DNA of 64,000 nt from a virus: positions 14,344 to 78,343 of IMG/VR virus record IMGVR_UViG_3300029454_000001; one strand, 5' to 3'. The notes under the pieces were generated by a model, which was not told the DNA's origin, made no database searches, and saw only the letters and a program-made list of their open reading frames with translations. Below are positions 18,839 through 28,110 of this stretch, in pieces. Each line of letters opens with the position of its first letter. Position 1 is the first letter of the stretch. The translations under genes and the position numbers were made by a program.

Positions 18839-19639
18839 TTAGCAACAACCGTTACCATATGTATTACATCCTGCGTATGCATATGGAGCTGGAACCTGGA
18901 ATGCAGGAATCGGAGCCGGGTTGATTGCATTGATTAATCTCTGAGCCTGTGCGTACATCTCTGTTGTAAGCAATGCAGACTGGCGATCCTGGGATGCAGC
19001 ACGTTTCAGATCAGAGTTCTCTGCCTGTAATGTTGCAATCTTATCGTTAGTCAGGAAGTCAAGGATTGCTCTTGTGTTGCTGTTCTGGTTTTCCAGAAGG
19101 TCTCTGGTGTTGTTATTCATTGTGTTCTGGAGAGCACAAGTGTTGGTAGCAAGGTTGTAGTTGATACCTTGGATTGCTTCTCTTGTTTCACAGCAACAGT
19201 TTGCTAACTGAGACTGTAATGCGTTGGTATTCTGCATACCGGCTACAGTATCAGCATTGATTGCCTGCTGAACGCCGTTGAAGCCTTGAAGCATTCCGAC
19301 ATTCATACCATTAAAGCCACTCTGCATGGTATTGTTAAGAGAATATGTGCTGTCACAGATACCCTGCTGAATACCTCTGATACCATTCTGAATATCATTA
19401 AGGGCGAATTCCTCATTAATATCTGAACGGGTAGCCCATCCTTGGAAACCTGCACCATTTGTACCGTTTCCACCATTGCCACCCCAGCCGCCAAAGCCGC
19501 CGAAACCGCCCCAGCCGAAGATGAGCAATATAATAATCCACCATGCCCAGCCACCGCCAAAGCCATAGCCTTCATCGGCACGGTTATTAGAGCCGCTTAA
19601 TACAGCGACATCGCTTGCTGATAATCCACCATTCATCAT
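18839..19639 (-). CDS. hypothetical Gly/Asn/Gln/Cys-rich membrane-anchored protein
   Basis: GYGFGGGWAWWIIILLIFGWGGFGGFGGWGGNGGNG (TM segment in a Gly-rich context), CCCETRE, C-terminal AGCNTYGNGCC; SD AAGGAGG. Confidence 0.55.
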   Translation of the reverse strand: MMNGGLSASDVAVLSGSNNRADEGYGFGGGWAWWIIILLIFGWGGFGGFGGWGGNGGNGTNGAGFQGWATRSDINEEFALNDIQNGIRGIQQGICDSTYSLNNTMQSGFNGMNVGMLQGFNGVQQAINADTVAGMQNTNALQSQLANCCCETREAIQGINYNLATNTCALQNTMNNNTRDLLENQNSNTRAILDFLTNDKIATLQAENSDLKRAASQDRQSALLTTEMYAQAQRLINAINPAPIPAFQVPAPYAYAGCNTYGNGCC

Positions 19640-19716
19640 AGCGATTACCTCCTTATTGATTTTTGTAATTTATACAAAATCAAAAGACCGCGGCTCTTTT
19701 AATTATTGTAGCGAAT

Positions 19717-19956
19717 TTATTTTATTCCAAACTGGCTCTTAACCTGCGACAGTATATCGTCTGGATTAATATTTCTTTCTTTACAAAGATTTCTTGCAAG
19801 TTTTTCAATTCCTGCATTATCACCTTTTTCCATCATGTTAATTGCATTGTCAATTACAGGATTATTTCCAGACTGTTGTTTCATCATATTGATTATGGCT
19901 TGTTGAGGATTCCCTCCACCACGTATCATCTGCATAAGTTGCATTGGATTCATCAT
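19717..19956 (-). CDS. hypothetical Met/Asn/Gln-rich small protein
   Basis: 79 aa; start overlaps the upstream stop. Confidence 0.45.
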   Translation of the reverse strand: MMNPMQLMQMIRGGGNPQQAIINMMKQQSGNNPVIDNAINMMEKGDNAGIEKLARNLCKERNINPDDILSQVKSQFGIK

Positions 19957-20450
19957 CTCTGTTTACCTCCATTCTGCTTGGGTTCCGGTGTTCCAGACAT
20001 TTGTGTCGGGAACATACTCTTTATTTCGGAAATCTCAGAACAAACATCGTTCCGAAGCTGATTAAACATAGCTTCTATGTCAATCGGTTTTTCTTCTGCC
20101 TTTGGTTGCTGTTGTTCTTCCGGATTTATAAGTCGATAAACAAAAATTCTACTTCTTCCATCTGCCTGTAATTGTTTTCTATATATTTCTGTTCCATCTG
20201 TTTTTGGATAATAAACAGGGTTTCCAGACATATCTACGTCTTTTGCCTTTACGGTATCAATACCATCGACCATCTGTCCTTGCAACATGGGGATTTGTGG
20301 TACTTGTGGCATTTGTTGTATTGGTTGCTGAATCTGAGCCTGCCCGTATGGCATTGCCTGCTGATAACTATTCTGCAATTGTGCTAATCTATCTTGATAC
20401 GGTTGTATTTGTTGAAATGGTTGTGCAAAATACGGATTACCATACTGCAT
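19953..20450 (-). CDS. hypothetical Gln/Pro-rich protein
   Basis: N-terminal QPFQQIQPYQDRLAQLQNSYQQAMPYGQAQIQQPIQQMPQVPQIP; SD GGGAGG. Confidence 0.5.
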   Translation of the reverse strand: MQYGNPYFAQPFQQIQPYQDRLAQLQNSYQQAMPYGQAQIQQPIQQMPQVPQIPMLQGQMVDGIDTVKAKDVDMSGNPVYYPKTDGTEIYRKQLQADGRSRIFVYRLINPEEQQQPKAEEKPIDIEAMFNQLRNDVCSEISEIKSMFPTQMSGTPEPKQNGGKQR

Positions 20451-20508
20451 ATCTCAAACCTCCCTTGTTTTTATAACTATATTTTACAATAATAAGAGGT
20501 TAATTAAC

Positions 20509-20537
20509 ACGCCATGATAACGCCATAAATACGCCAC
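20509..20537 (-). promoter_or_regulatory. three helically phased direct repeats upstream of a TAAAAT -10 element
   Basis: Plus strand ACGCCAT/ACGCCAT/ACGCCAC starting at 20509, 20520 and 20531 (11-nt period); on the minus strand TGGCGT x3, then TAAAAT at 20486-20481. Confidence 0.45.
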
Positions 20538-20540
20538 ATT

Positions 20541-20780
20541 TTATGAATACAAAGAAAAGCCCCGACAATACATCGGGGCGACTTTCATAATTTTCTTCTT
20601 TAATTTTCTGTTTATGCGGTCTACTGTTCTTGTGCTGTAACCCATGATTTCTGAAGCTTCTGCAAGTGTTTTTTCTTCGTAAACACGCAATCGGAATAAC
20701 TCTTTTTCTCTGGAATCAAATCCAGCTTCACGCAAATAGAAGATTCTTTCATCTTCCGAAAAGTCTTTATAATTATCCAT
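20541..20780 (-). CDS. sigma-70 region-4-like HTH protein
   Basis: REKELFRLRVYEEKTLAEASEIMGYSTRTVDRINRKLKKKI; start ATG 20780 behind GGGAGGA (ORF-track start 20840 trimmed). Confidence 0.55.
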   Translation of the reverse strand: MDNYKDFSEDERIFYLREAGFDSREKELFRLRVYEEKTLAEASEIMGYSTRTVDRINRKLKKKIMKVAPMYCRGFSLYS

Positions 20781-20811
20781 TCCACCGTCCTCCCTGTTAG
20801 TGGAATCAATA

Positions 20812-21123
20812 TTACACCGGGAAAATGCCTTTAAGGGCAAAGCCTAAAATAATACCGATTATGCCAGTTATGACATAAGCAATAATTTTGTCCTGTAATT
20901 TTCCTGGTTTTTCCATGAGTGCTTTTAAATTGTCGTTCATTTCGTCAACTGTATCTTTGATGTGTCCCAGATCGTTGTTGTATAAAGCAATTTTCTGTTC
21001 TAGCGCATTGATACGATTAAAAAAGCCTTCATCCCTTTTGGAATGCTTTTCTTTCATCTCACGGACGGCATTTTCCAATTCTTCCAAGCGGTGTTCGTTG
21101 ATACACTCGTGTTCACATCCCAT
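20812..21123 (-). CDS. XhlA-like protein (coiled coil plus C-terminal TM)
   Basis: 103 aa; N-terminal coiled coil (LEELENAVREMKEKH..INALEQKIALYNNDLGHIKDTVDEMNDNLKAL) and C-terminal TM IIAYVITGIIGIILGFALKGIF. Confidence 0.55.
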   Translation of the reverse strand: MGCEHECINEHRLEELENAVREMKEKHSKRDEGFFNRINALEQKIALYNNDLGHIKDTVDEMNDNLKALMEKPGKLQDKIIAYVITGIIGIILGFALKGIFPV

Positions 21124-21230
21124 CGCTATTCCTTTCCATCACTCCCATTTTTAAGATATTGCTTCTACCCACCTAATTTGAAGCACCCCTGCGATACGTG
21201 GGAGGATTGACGTATCACGCACACACCATC

Positions 21231-21551
21231 TTAGAATCCGATAAATGGAAAAACACCATGATTTACATAGATTTCAGTTTCGGAATCCCAGCTTCTATTC
21301 ACAGAGGATTCGGAATGTGATCCTTGAAACTCAGCTCCCTGCTTTACTAGAAAGAAAAGAGCCAAATCAAATATGCAGTCATAGCATTTCTCCATATCGG
21401 AATTTATTTTCTCATCACTGTAAGATGAAGGATAATTCCTTTTCTTCTTAAATGAACGAATAGCCCTCTTTACTGAAAGAGGAATCATCCTCGCAGTTTC
21501 TTCATCATCTTCAAGATAATTTGTTAAGTCCTCTATAAGCTGTTCGTTCAT
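21231..21551 (-). CDS. gp6-like head-tail connector protein
   Basis: 106 aa; LIEDLTNYLEDDEETARMIPLSVKRAIRSFKKKRNY pattern; position after the capsid gene. Confidence 0.55.
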   Translation of the reverse strand: MNEQLIEDLTNYLEDDEETARMIPLSVKRAIRSFKKKRNYPSSYSDEKINSDMEKCYDCIFDLALFFLVKQGAEFQGSHSESSVNRSWDSETEIYVNHGVFPFIGF

Positions 21552-21559
21552 TTAATCAC

Positions 21560-21664
21560 CTACCTTTGCTGAGATAAAATCTCTGATATTATTCCAGCCT
21601 TATTCGTTGCTGTCAGGGCATAGCCGTTGTCACTTGCGAGTTGTCTTAACTGAGATACAGTCAT
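21560..21664 (-). CDS. small Rho-N/SAP(HeH)-like protein (34 aa, below the ORF-track cutoff)
   Basis: MTVSQLRQLASDNGYALTATNKAGIISEILSQQR; its stop lies 6 nt before the next ATG. Confidence 0.5.
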   Translation of the reverse strand: MTVSQLRQLASDNGYALTATNKAGIISEILSQQR

Positions 21665-21759
21665 ATTAGACAACTCGCTTTCTGTATACTTGTGTGTTGA
21701 TGTATCATTCACACTTGCTACAGATGGTGACTGGCTGTTTTCGTCGAGACTATGCCCGG

Positions 21760-22797
21760 TTATTCCCCCGCTTTGGTACCGATTACGATACCGCCGTTAG
21801 CTTTCGGTGCGACCGGAACGAACATGCCGGATGCTTTTGTCCATACTGCAACTGGGTCTGGTGTAGCCCACATGGAAAGAGTAACAAAGGAACGATTCTC
21901 TTCCTGTATAAACTGTCTGTATTCAAGCTCTTCTGGTGTCACACCCCATAGGCCAACACCGAAAGAACCGTTAGCATCTGCTTCATACAGAGTAAATACA
22001 TCCTCTTTGAGGTATCTGGCCGTTTTCAGGGTTCCATCTGCTTTTCTGAAATTAAAGTTCTCATCACAACGATCAATTGTGATTCCATATTCCTGCATAA
22101 GCAGATTGGCAAGCTCCTGCTTTGTGAGAAGCCTTTTATTTGCAGCACCCAGAACAGCTGTCTGCATTGCAGTGTTGTTCCGCATGTAGTTAATCATTTT
22201 AAGAGAAGTAACAGCTTTGTTTACTACATAGCCATTGCCTTCTGCTACAGCTACCATTTTCTGGATATCGCCCATGATATCTGCATCTGGCTTAGACCAA
22301 TCAGTAAGCGTTACTTTTGCACTTGCTGGAACGCCATAGTCAATTCCCATGTCAACATGGTTCTCTTTGATTGTTACAGCACCAGTGGAAAGGAACTGTC
22401 CTTTCATAACATTTGCTCTTGTAACAACGCCCTCGAACAGTCTGGCTGCATCATCAAATACAAAGTTTTTCAGTGCTTCATTATCCGGCACACCGTTTTC
22501 AATTGCCTGCCGTAAGTTTTCGGACTGATTGATTTTTCTCTTAATGAAGAGTTTTTCAGTCAGGACTTTTTCAAATCCAGGTCTTGTGCCGATTTCTGCT
22601 TCGCTATCAAGAGCGTGGACGAATGCAACTTCCGGTAGATTCTGTCCAGCCATAAGTCTGTAATACTCTGCTTTCAGATACTGGGTTTTTGTATCTGGGA
22701 AAATGGTATCGAGGATACCTGGTCTTTTAACACTGAAATTCTGAGAGAAATTAAGTCTTTCTTCTTGGGTAATTGATTCCAAAATATTAAATGGCAT
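21760..22797 (-). CDS. major capsid protein (lambda gpE-like, HK97 fold)
   Basis: 345 aa after the scaffold and decoration genes; sequence resembles the phage major capsid protein E family. Confidence 0.8.
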   Translation of the reverse strand: MPFNILESITQEERLNFSQNFSVKRPGILDTIFPDTKTQYLKAEYYRLMAGQNLPEVAFVHALDSEAEIGTRPGFEKVLTEKLFIKRKINQSENLRQAIENGVPDNEALKNFVFDDAARLFEGVVTRANVMKGQFLSTGAVTIKENHVDMGIDYGVPASAKVTLTDWSKPDADIMGDIQKMVAVAEGNGYVVNKAVTSLKMINYMRNNTAMQTAVLGAANKRLLTKQELANLLMQEYGITIDRCDENFNFRKADGTLKTARYLKEDVFTLYEADANGSFGVGLWGVTPEELEYRQFIQEENRSFVTLSMWATPDPVAVWTKASGMFVPVAPKANGGIVIGTKAGE

Positions 22798-22810
22798 TTG
22801 TCATACCTCC

Positions 22811-23155
22811 TTAAAATACTGGGTCTTCTGTGACTACAAAAACAATTCCGGCTTTTTCAAGCTCTGTTTTTGCAGTAGTGTCAACTGTTACTGGAAGTCT
22901 TTTTTCGAGAACACGGCCTGCGACGATCACGGAAATTGGTCTCTTGGTATCATCTGTCATATCAACATCTTCAAATACAATGCCGATTGCGCCTGTCGCA
23001 TTTGTTGGATATACGGAACCTGCTTTGATAATTTTCTTAGTTCCAACTGTTTCAGCATTTGTCTGGTCTGCTGTGTAGGTTTTGAGTACAAGTCCGACCT
23101 CGGATTCAAGAATATTTGGAGTGGACTCATACTGCTCTGTTTTCATAAAAGCCAT
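22811..23155 (-). CDS. head decoration-like protein
   Basis: 114 aa directly upstream of the capsid gene; GAIGIVFEDVDMTDDTKRPISVIVAGRV pattern. Confidence 0.45.
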   Translation of the reverse strand: MAFMKTEQYESTPNILESEVGLVLKTYTADQTNAETVGTKKIIKAGSVYPTNATGAIGIVFEDVDMTDDTKRPISVIVAGRVLEKRLPVTVDTTAKTELEKAGIVFVVTEDPVF

Positions 23156-23173
23156 TATTTATATCTCCTTTAC

Positions 23174-23821
23174 TTAAATATTTACAGGGGCGTTACCGTC
23201 CACTGATTTAGTTTCCTGGTTCTTTTTTGCTGAGTAAGCTTTTGCAAATTCAGCAGCATCACTTTTTACTGTAGCTTTCCCACCGCTACCACCGCCCGGA
23301 TTCGGAGTGTTTTCCAATGCTTCCTTCTCCCAAGCTGCTTTTGCGTTATCAAGTGCTGTTTTATTTGCTTCGGAAACTCCCTTAACAAAAGTTTCGACTT
23401 CTTTCATTGCATCTTCTGGTTTCTCATACGGTGCAGATGCGTATGCTTTAATAGCACTCGCGTATGTTTCGGTTGAAAGTCCTGCATTTGCGAACATAGA
23501 AGTAATTTCACTGGTAAGGGCTTTTTTGTTGGATTCTGCAAGCGCAGCTTTCAAATCAGCTAACTCCTTATCCACTGCTTCCTTTTCTTTCTTGCGTTCA
23601 GCTTCTAGCCGTTCTGCTTCGGTCATGTTCTGCTTTTTCAACTCTTCCAACTCTTTTTCCAGGGAATCTGCTTTTTCAGCTTTTTCCTTCAGAGAAACAT
23701 TTTTGTCTTTCTCTTTCTTAGTTTCAGCAGAAATAGAATCAAGAAGCTTAGAAACCTGTTCCTCGGAAGGTTCTGCAACTCCCATACCGATAAGTGCCTG
23801 TTTTGCCTGTTCTCTTGTCAT
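23174..23821 (-). CDS. scaffolding protein
   Basis: Ala/Lys/Glu-rich coiled coil between portal and capsid; start ATG 23821 behind AAAGGAGA. Confidence 0.6.
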   Translation of the reverse strand: MTREQAKQALIGMGVAEPSEEQVSKLLDSISAETKKEKDKNVSLKEKAEKADSLEKELEELKKQNMTEAERLEAERKKEKEAVDKELADLKAALAESNKKALTSEITSMFANAGLSTETYASAIKAYASAPYEKPEDAMKEVETFVKGVSEANKTALDNAKAAWEKEALENTPNPGGGSGGKATVKSDAAEFAKAYSAKKNQETKSVDGNAPVNI

Positions 23822-23986
23822 TGAAATCTCCTTTCTTCCAGTCCAATACGCTTTTTCAACACGGTTCGCTCCGCACATGGTCTGTACCCGATTTACGCTC
23901 ACGGGCTGTTGCAATTTATTTGATTTTGGGTATTAAAAAAGAAGCCTTAGATTTCTCTAAAACTCCTTAAATAATCGAAATTTGGT

Positions 23987-25480
23987 TCATTCTTCGTTAG
24001 ATGGAGAATTTGCCATTGGTTCTGTTTTGGACGGATTTTGAAACTTTCCGTCAAGTAATTGCTGTGCTTTCTGCATTTCCGCTTCCGGGTCTGCCAGTTC
24101 CGGGTAAATAGTTCCCAGATACGGTAAACTCATTTCGTAGACTTTCTGCGGATCACTAAATAAACCGCAAGTAATCAGTGCAATAAGCGGATGAATTTTA
24201 TTTTTAAACAGATAATCAAGTGCCTGTGCTTTTACAAGCATATTGTCTGTTGGGTTTCTGGTTATCTTCACATCGAAATCTCGTGTTGAGATATTAACAT
24301 CATTTGATGTACCACGGATAATATTCAGAATAATTCTGGCAGATTCCTTTTCAGCTTCCTTGGTGAATGCTTCTACCAATTTTGCATCTCTCTCTGCGAA
24401 ATCCCATCCATTACGAAGGTATACGGCATTTCCTGTATCTCCTCCGCTGTTGCTCTGTCGGTTTGGCATTGCTTCCACAATCAGCATGTTATTGTAGATA
24501 TCATCCTTTGCAACCTGGCTCTCTGATTGATTCAGTTCAGCGGTCATCAGTTCAACATCCGACTGACAGCCATTTCCAGTATCTTTTACAGAGATGGCAC
24601 CAAGTTTTACCATTTTCAAAAACTCGTTTTCATCTACCTCGCAGTTCTTGAACTTCATAAAGGCTTGCACAAACTGTTCAACGCCATTTAATCTATCAGA
24701 CTGGTATTTGTTAATTGCATCAAATAAGGTGATTGCAATTTCAACATCTGAAAGCCTGTCATGATTATTCGGGCATTCAACAATAGGAATTCCTCCAAAA
24801 CCGTTGATGCCATATTCGGTTACTTTTCCATTCGTGATTTTGAAAAACTGGTTCTTTGAATAGCATAAGTAGTATTGTTGCTCATCTTCATCCTTCAAAA
24901 TCTGAACGGACAGCATTGGTTTTCCGTTCCTCTGCGAATATACAATGTAACAATCACCAGGATACGGAATGAAGATTCTAAACGGTGGTAAATCTCCGTT
25001 TTTTGTCCAATCCTCTTCTTTCAGTATGGCCTTATAAGAAGTTCCTGTTGCACTTTGGTATATTGCCCTTTGGATGTTTCTTGCATCTGCATTGGCTTCA
25101 TCCAGATAATCATTCAACAAATCAACTTGCTCATTTATTTTTTTGTCTGCATTTTTTTTGCATACATACTGGATTGGTTCTCCACAAATCTGTCCAGCTT
25201 TAAATTTTACAGTTTCAAATGCGTGATTTTCTACCACTCTGTTATTAACTTCTGGACGGACTATTTTATTTCGGTATAATATCGGCTGATCGCCTTTCAT
25301 GTACCGATACAAGTAATCAATCAATGTTCGGTTTCTATTATGTATGCCAATTGTATCTGATACTACTTTTACTACATTTTGTGGAGTGATTCGGTCAACA
25401 CCTGTGTAGGCTACTTTTCGCCCGAACTCACCTCGGCATAAATCTACAAAATTCATTGTGTTTCTCACGAGCCGAACCAT
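23987..25480 (-). CDS. portal protein (SPP1 gp6-like)
   Basis: 497 aa downstream of terL; YLYRYMKGDQPILYRNKIVRPEVNNRVVENHAFE region is typical of this family; exact start uncertain. Confidence 0.8.
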   Translation of the reverse strand: MVRLVRNTMNFVDLCRGEFGRKVAYTGVDRITPQNVVKVVSDTIGIHNRNRTLIDYLYRYMKGDQPILYRNKIVRPEVNNRVVENHAFETVKFKAGQICGEPIQYVCKKNADKKINEQVDLLNDYLDEANADARNIQRAIYQSATGTSYKAILKEEDWTKNGDLPPFRIFIPYPGDCYIVYSQRNGKPMLSVQILKDEDEQQYYLCYSKNQFFKITNGKVTEYGINGFGGIPIVECPNNHDRLSDVEIAITLFDAINKYQSDRLNGVEQFVQAFMKFKNCEVDENEFLKMVKLGAISVKDTGNGCQSDVELMTAELNQSESQVAKDDIYNNMLIVEAMPNRQSNSGGDTGNAVYLRNGWDFAERDAKLVEAFTKEAEKESARIILNIIRGTSNDVNISTRDFDVKITRNPTDNMLVKAQALDYLFKNKIHPLIALITCGLFSDPQKVYEMSLPYLGTIYPELADPEAEMQKAQQLLDGKFQNPSKTEPMANSPSNEE

Positions 25481-25490
25481 CCTTTCTGCA

Positions 25491-25524
25491 AAATAAAAAG
25501 CACTGGATATTTTAATCCAATGCT
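25491..25524 (-). terminator. intrinsic terminator immediately upstream of the portal gene
   Basis: Minus strand AGCATTGGAT-loop-ATCCAGTGCT followed by TTTTATTT. Confidence 0.55.
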
Positions 25525-25574
25525 CTACTTTATATTTTACACATATTAAAAGTATATTTCAGTATACTTCAGTA

Positions 25575-25997
25575 TCATCTTTCAAAACCTTTTATCTTTT
25601 TTATTTCTGCTATGGCTTTTAAATGCTTTTTTTTAATGTGAATCTCTGAATAACCCATCTCGTCTGCAATGCGAACCAAAGATTTGTACTCAACATAATG
25701 CTTAAATAGTATGTCGTATAGCAACGGGTCTTCAACCTGTTCTATAGTTCGAACTATTTCTTGTCTTTTTTGTATAAATTCAGATATCATTTTTGAAATC
25801 TCTTCTCGCAGATCAAATATCTTTGCAACCATATCTCCCATCGGATCACGTTTTACAGAAGTTTGTACCTTTTCTCCAACAGGGATTGCAGATACACTTG
25901 TGGAAAGAGAACTGAGCTGTTCTTCTTCGATAAGCTTGTTTTTGATTCTGTTATCATAATTTTCAATCTGTCGTAAATATTGAGTTGCAGTCATCAT
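25575..25997 (-). CDS. sigma-r4/DUF1492-like phage transcriptional regulator
   Basis: 140 aa; C-terminal ILFKHYVEYKSLVRIADEMGYSEIHIKKKHLKAIAEI HTH; unusual position between terL and portal. Confidence 0.45.
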   Translation of the reverse strand: MMTATQYLRQIENYDNRIKNKLIEEEQLSSLSTSVSAIPVGEKVQTSVKRDPMGDMVAKIFDLREEISKMISEFIQKRQEIVRTIEQVEDPLLYDILFKHYVEYKSLVRIADEMGYSEIHIKKKHLKAIAEIKKIKGFER

Positions 25998-26000
25998 ATT

Positions 26001-27695
26001 CTATCTCCTTCCCCACATAAAATTTTTGGTTGCTTTTACTTCTGCAAATCTTTTGCCGGCAAGCGTTATTGCAAGCTGCGTAACTCCATCGGCAGCGTCA
26101 TCATGTTCATTATCGCCAATATAGACGAATGTAGTTAATTCATCCATAGCCTTTTGATACTGTTTATCTTGATATTTCGGAGCCAAAAATATAAAATTTT
26201 GCTTAACATCCCCGGAATATTGATTTATTTTTTCTTTTTTTGCTTGTTTTGAAGGTGCTTTTGTACTTGTCGTGCTGCAAGCGTATTTATGTTCTTTCAA
26301 GCGTTCGTTTACATAATAGGCATACATATCTCCACCATTATTTGCTTCAAAATTGATAGATTGAATATTATTTCCCATGATTCTTCCAACAACTAATGGC
26401 AATGTTCCTTCTTTTGGTGCTGTGCTAAAAATCCAATCATAAATATATACATCTCCATTTTCGTATTCTGCACCCACTGGCATTGATAAGCTATCGCCAC
26501 CACCCCACGCAACATCACAGGCAGAAACATTTTTAACAAATCCACCTTCTGGGAGAATGCCGTTATAATATCTCAATTCGTCAGCTGCAAACACAATTCC
26601 TTCACGTAAGAAGGGCTTTTGCTGATATTTGGCTTCCCATTCGTTAGCATCTAACCTAGCTTTCATATCGACATAATATTTTGTTGAAAATCCAACGCCA
26701 TACTCATAATCGAAATTCGATTTACCCTCATCATTCAAAGCTGGAATTTTTCTAAACCGATACATTGGATTATCCCGATTTAGCTTCTCAATTTTCCCAA
26801 GAGGATCATATAAATTCCATCTGGTTCCAACCATAAGCTCTCTTGCGCCATCAATCTTACGGTCAACCATCTTATTCAGATATTCTTGATATGTATTTTC
26901 TAATCGGGTAGGGCTTAATGAATGTTGTCTATCTCTTACAAGGTCATCCACGTACAAATACCCATCAGAAGAAATATCAACGGCACCCGTCCAAGTTCCT
27001 TCAATACCACGGCAAGTCATTGTTGCAAATCTATCTGGCTTGTCCAGGTTTATTTCAAAATCATCAGCACTCTGTTTTTGAAGTTTCGACTGTGGAAAAA
27101 TTTCACTGTAGTTGTATTCCTGTGTATTAATGAGATTAAGAAGTTCTCCGTAAAATCCTTTTGCCAGTTTTCCAGAATGACCGCCCATTGCACTGTGACT
27201 ATTCGGTCTTTTACCCATTATCCAAGACATAAAGAAAATACACATAGTGGATTTTCCAACACGGCTTGGAAGCGATAAACCATAAAACTCTATTTTTCTT
27301 TCTTCCAAATCCTGTAAGTCTTGGGCTACCACATGTAGTGTTTTTCTTCGTGGAATATAAAATTTCTTGCTGTCTGGTCTGTTTTTTTCCATATAAAGCA
27401 AGTAACTTTCAAATAAATGTGGTGCTTCCAGTAACAAATACTGCCAATAGATATCATCAAAGTCACCACTACCAGTTAATGCAGCACACTTCTCTGCTAT
27501 GTTATGTGAGTATTGACTTACTTTCATAGCCATTTTCCGTGCTTCTTGGTTATTGTCGAAAGGAAGGTCAATATTCATGTTCAAGAGCAAATCAAGGCAA
27601 TCTTTTTGGTTCTGATAGATTGTCATATCACTACTGATAATTTGATTCAGTACTGCCCGATACCATTCAAGCGAACCTTCTGTAATTTTTCCCAT
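26001..27695 (-). CDS. terL: terminase large subunit
   Basis: 564 aa; Walker A LPSRVGKST; C-terminal nuclease region; followed by the portal gene. Confidence 0.85.
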   Translation of the reverse strand: MGKITEGSLEWYRAVLNQIISSDMTIYQNQKDCLDLLLNMNIDLPFDNNQEARKMAMKVSQYSHNIAEKCAALTGSGDFDDIYWQYLLLEAPHLFESYLLYMEKNRPDSKKFYIPRRKTLHVVAQDLQDLEERKIEFYGLSLPSRVGKSTMCIFFMSWIMGKRPNSHSAMGGHSGKLAKGFYGELLNLINTQEYNYSEIFPQSKLQKQSADDFEINLDKPDRFATMTCRGIEGTWTGAVDISSDGYLYVDDLVRDRQHSLSPTRLENTYQEYLNKMVDRKIDGARELMVGTRWNLYDPLGKIEKLNRDNPMYRFRKIPALNDEGKSNFDYEYGVGFSTKYYVDMKARLDANEWEAKYQQKPFLREGIVFAADELRYYNGILPEGGFVKNVSACDVAWGGGDSLSMPVGAEYENGDVYIYDWIFSTAPKEGTLPLVVGRIMGNNIQSINFEANNGGDMYAYYVNERLKEHKYACSTTSTKAPSKQAKKEKINQYSGDVKQNFIFLAPKYQDKQYQKAMDELTTFVYIGDNEHDDAADGVTQLAITLAGKRFAEVKATKNFMWGRR

Positions 27696-27742
27696 AAAAA
27701 TAGAGCCAGACCTCCTTTCTTTTTAGGATTTAGTCTGGCTCT
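27696..27742 (-). promoter_or_regulatory. hairpin enclosing the terL SD, followed by a U-run and the start codon
   Basis: Arms AGAGCCAGAC (27742-27733 on minus) and GTCTGGCTCT (27711-27702); GGAGG at 27715-27711; then ATTTTT-ATG. Confidence 0.45.
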
Positions 27743-27885
27743 CGTGTGGCTCTCTTGACTTTTCTTTTTATTTTTTTGTATTCTAAATATTTTTAAAAAC
27801 TATATTTTTCACAATATCTACAATTTTCTAATCCATCCAGTTCTGGATGGATACACGGAATGTTCCTTAATTTGCACCATACCAT

Positions 27886-28089
27886 TTAATCACTTGACTT
27901 TCTGCAAATTTCAATAAAATCTGGCTTACTAAGTTCTTTCAGCTTATTAGCATATTTTGGAAATTCATGTGTATATATCGGATGACCTAAAAGCTTTTCC
28001 GCATATTCATATGCAAGTTTTCGGTCATCCCCTGTAAGCATACAAATTCCTGTGTAGGTTTCAACTACTACGGCTTCTTGTTTTGTCAT
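27886..28089 (-). CDS. hypothetical protein
   Basis: 67-aa ORF in a co-directional row. Confidence 0.4.
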   Translation of the reverse strand: MTKQEAVVVETYTGICMLTGDDRKLAYEYAEKLLGHPIYTHEFPKYANKLKELSKPDFIEICRKSSD

Positions 28090-28110
28090 ACATATCCTTT
28101 CTTGATAAAA

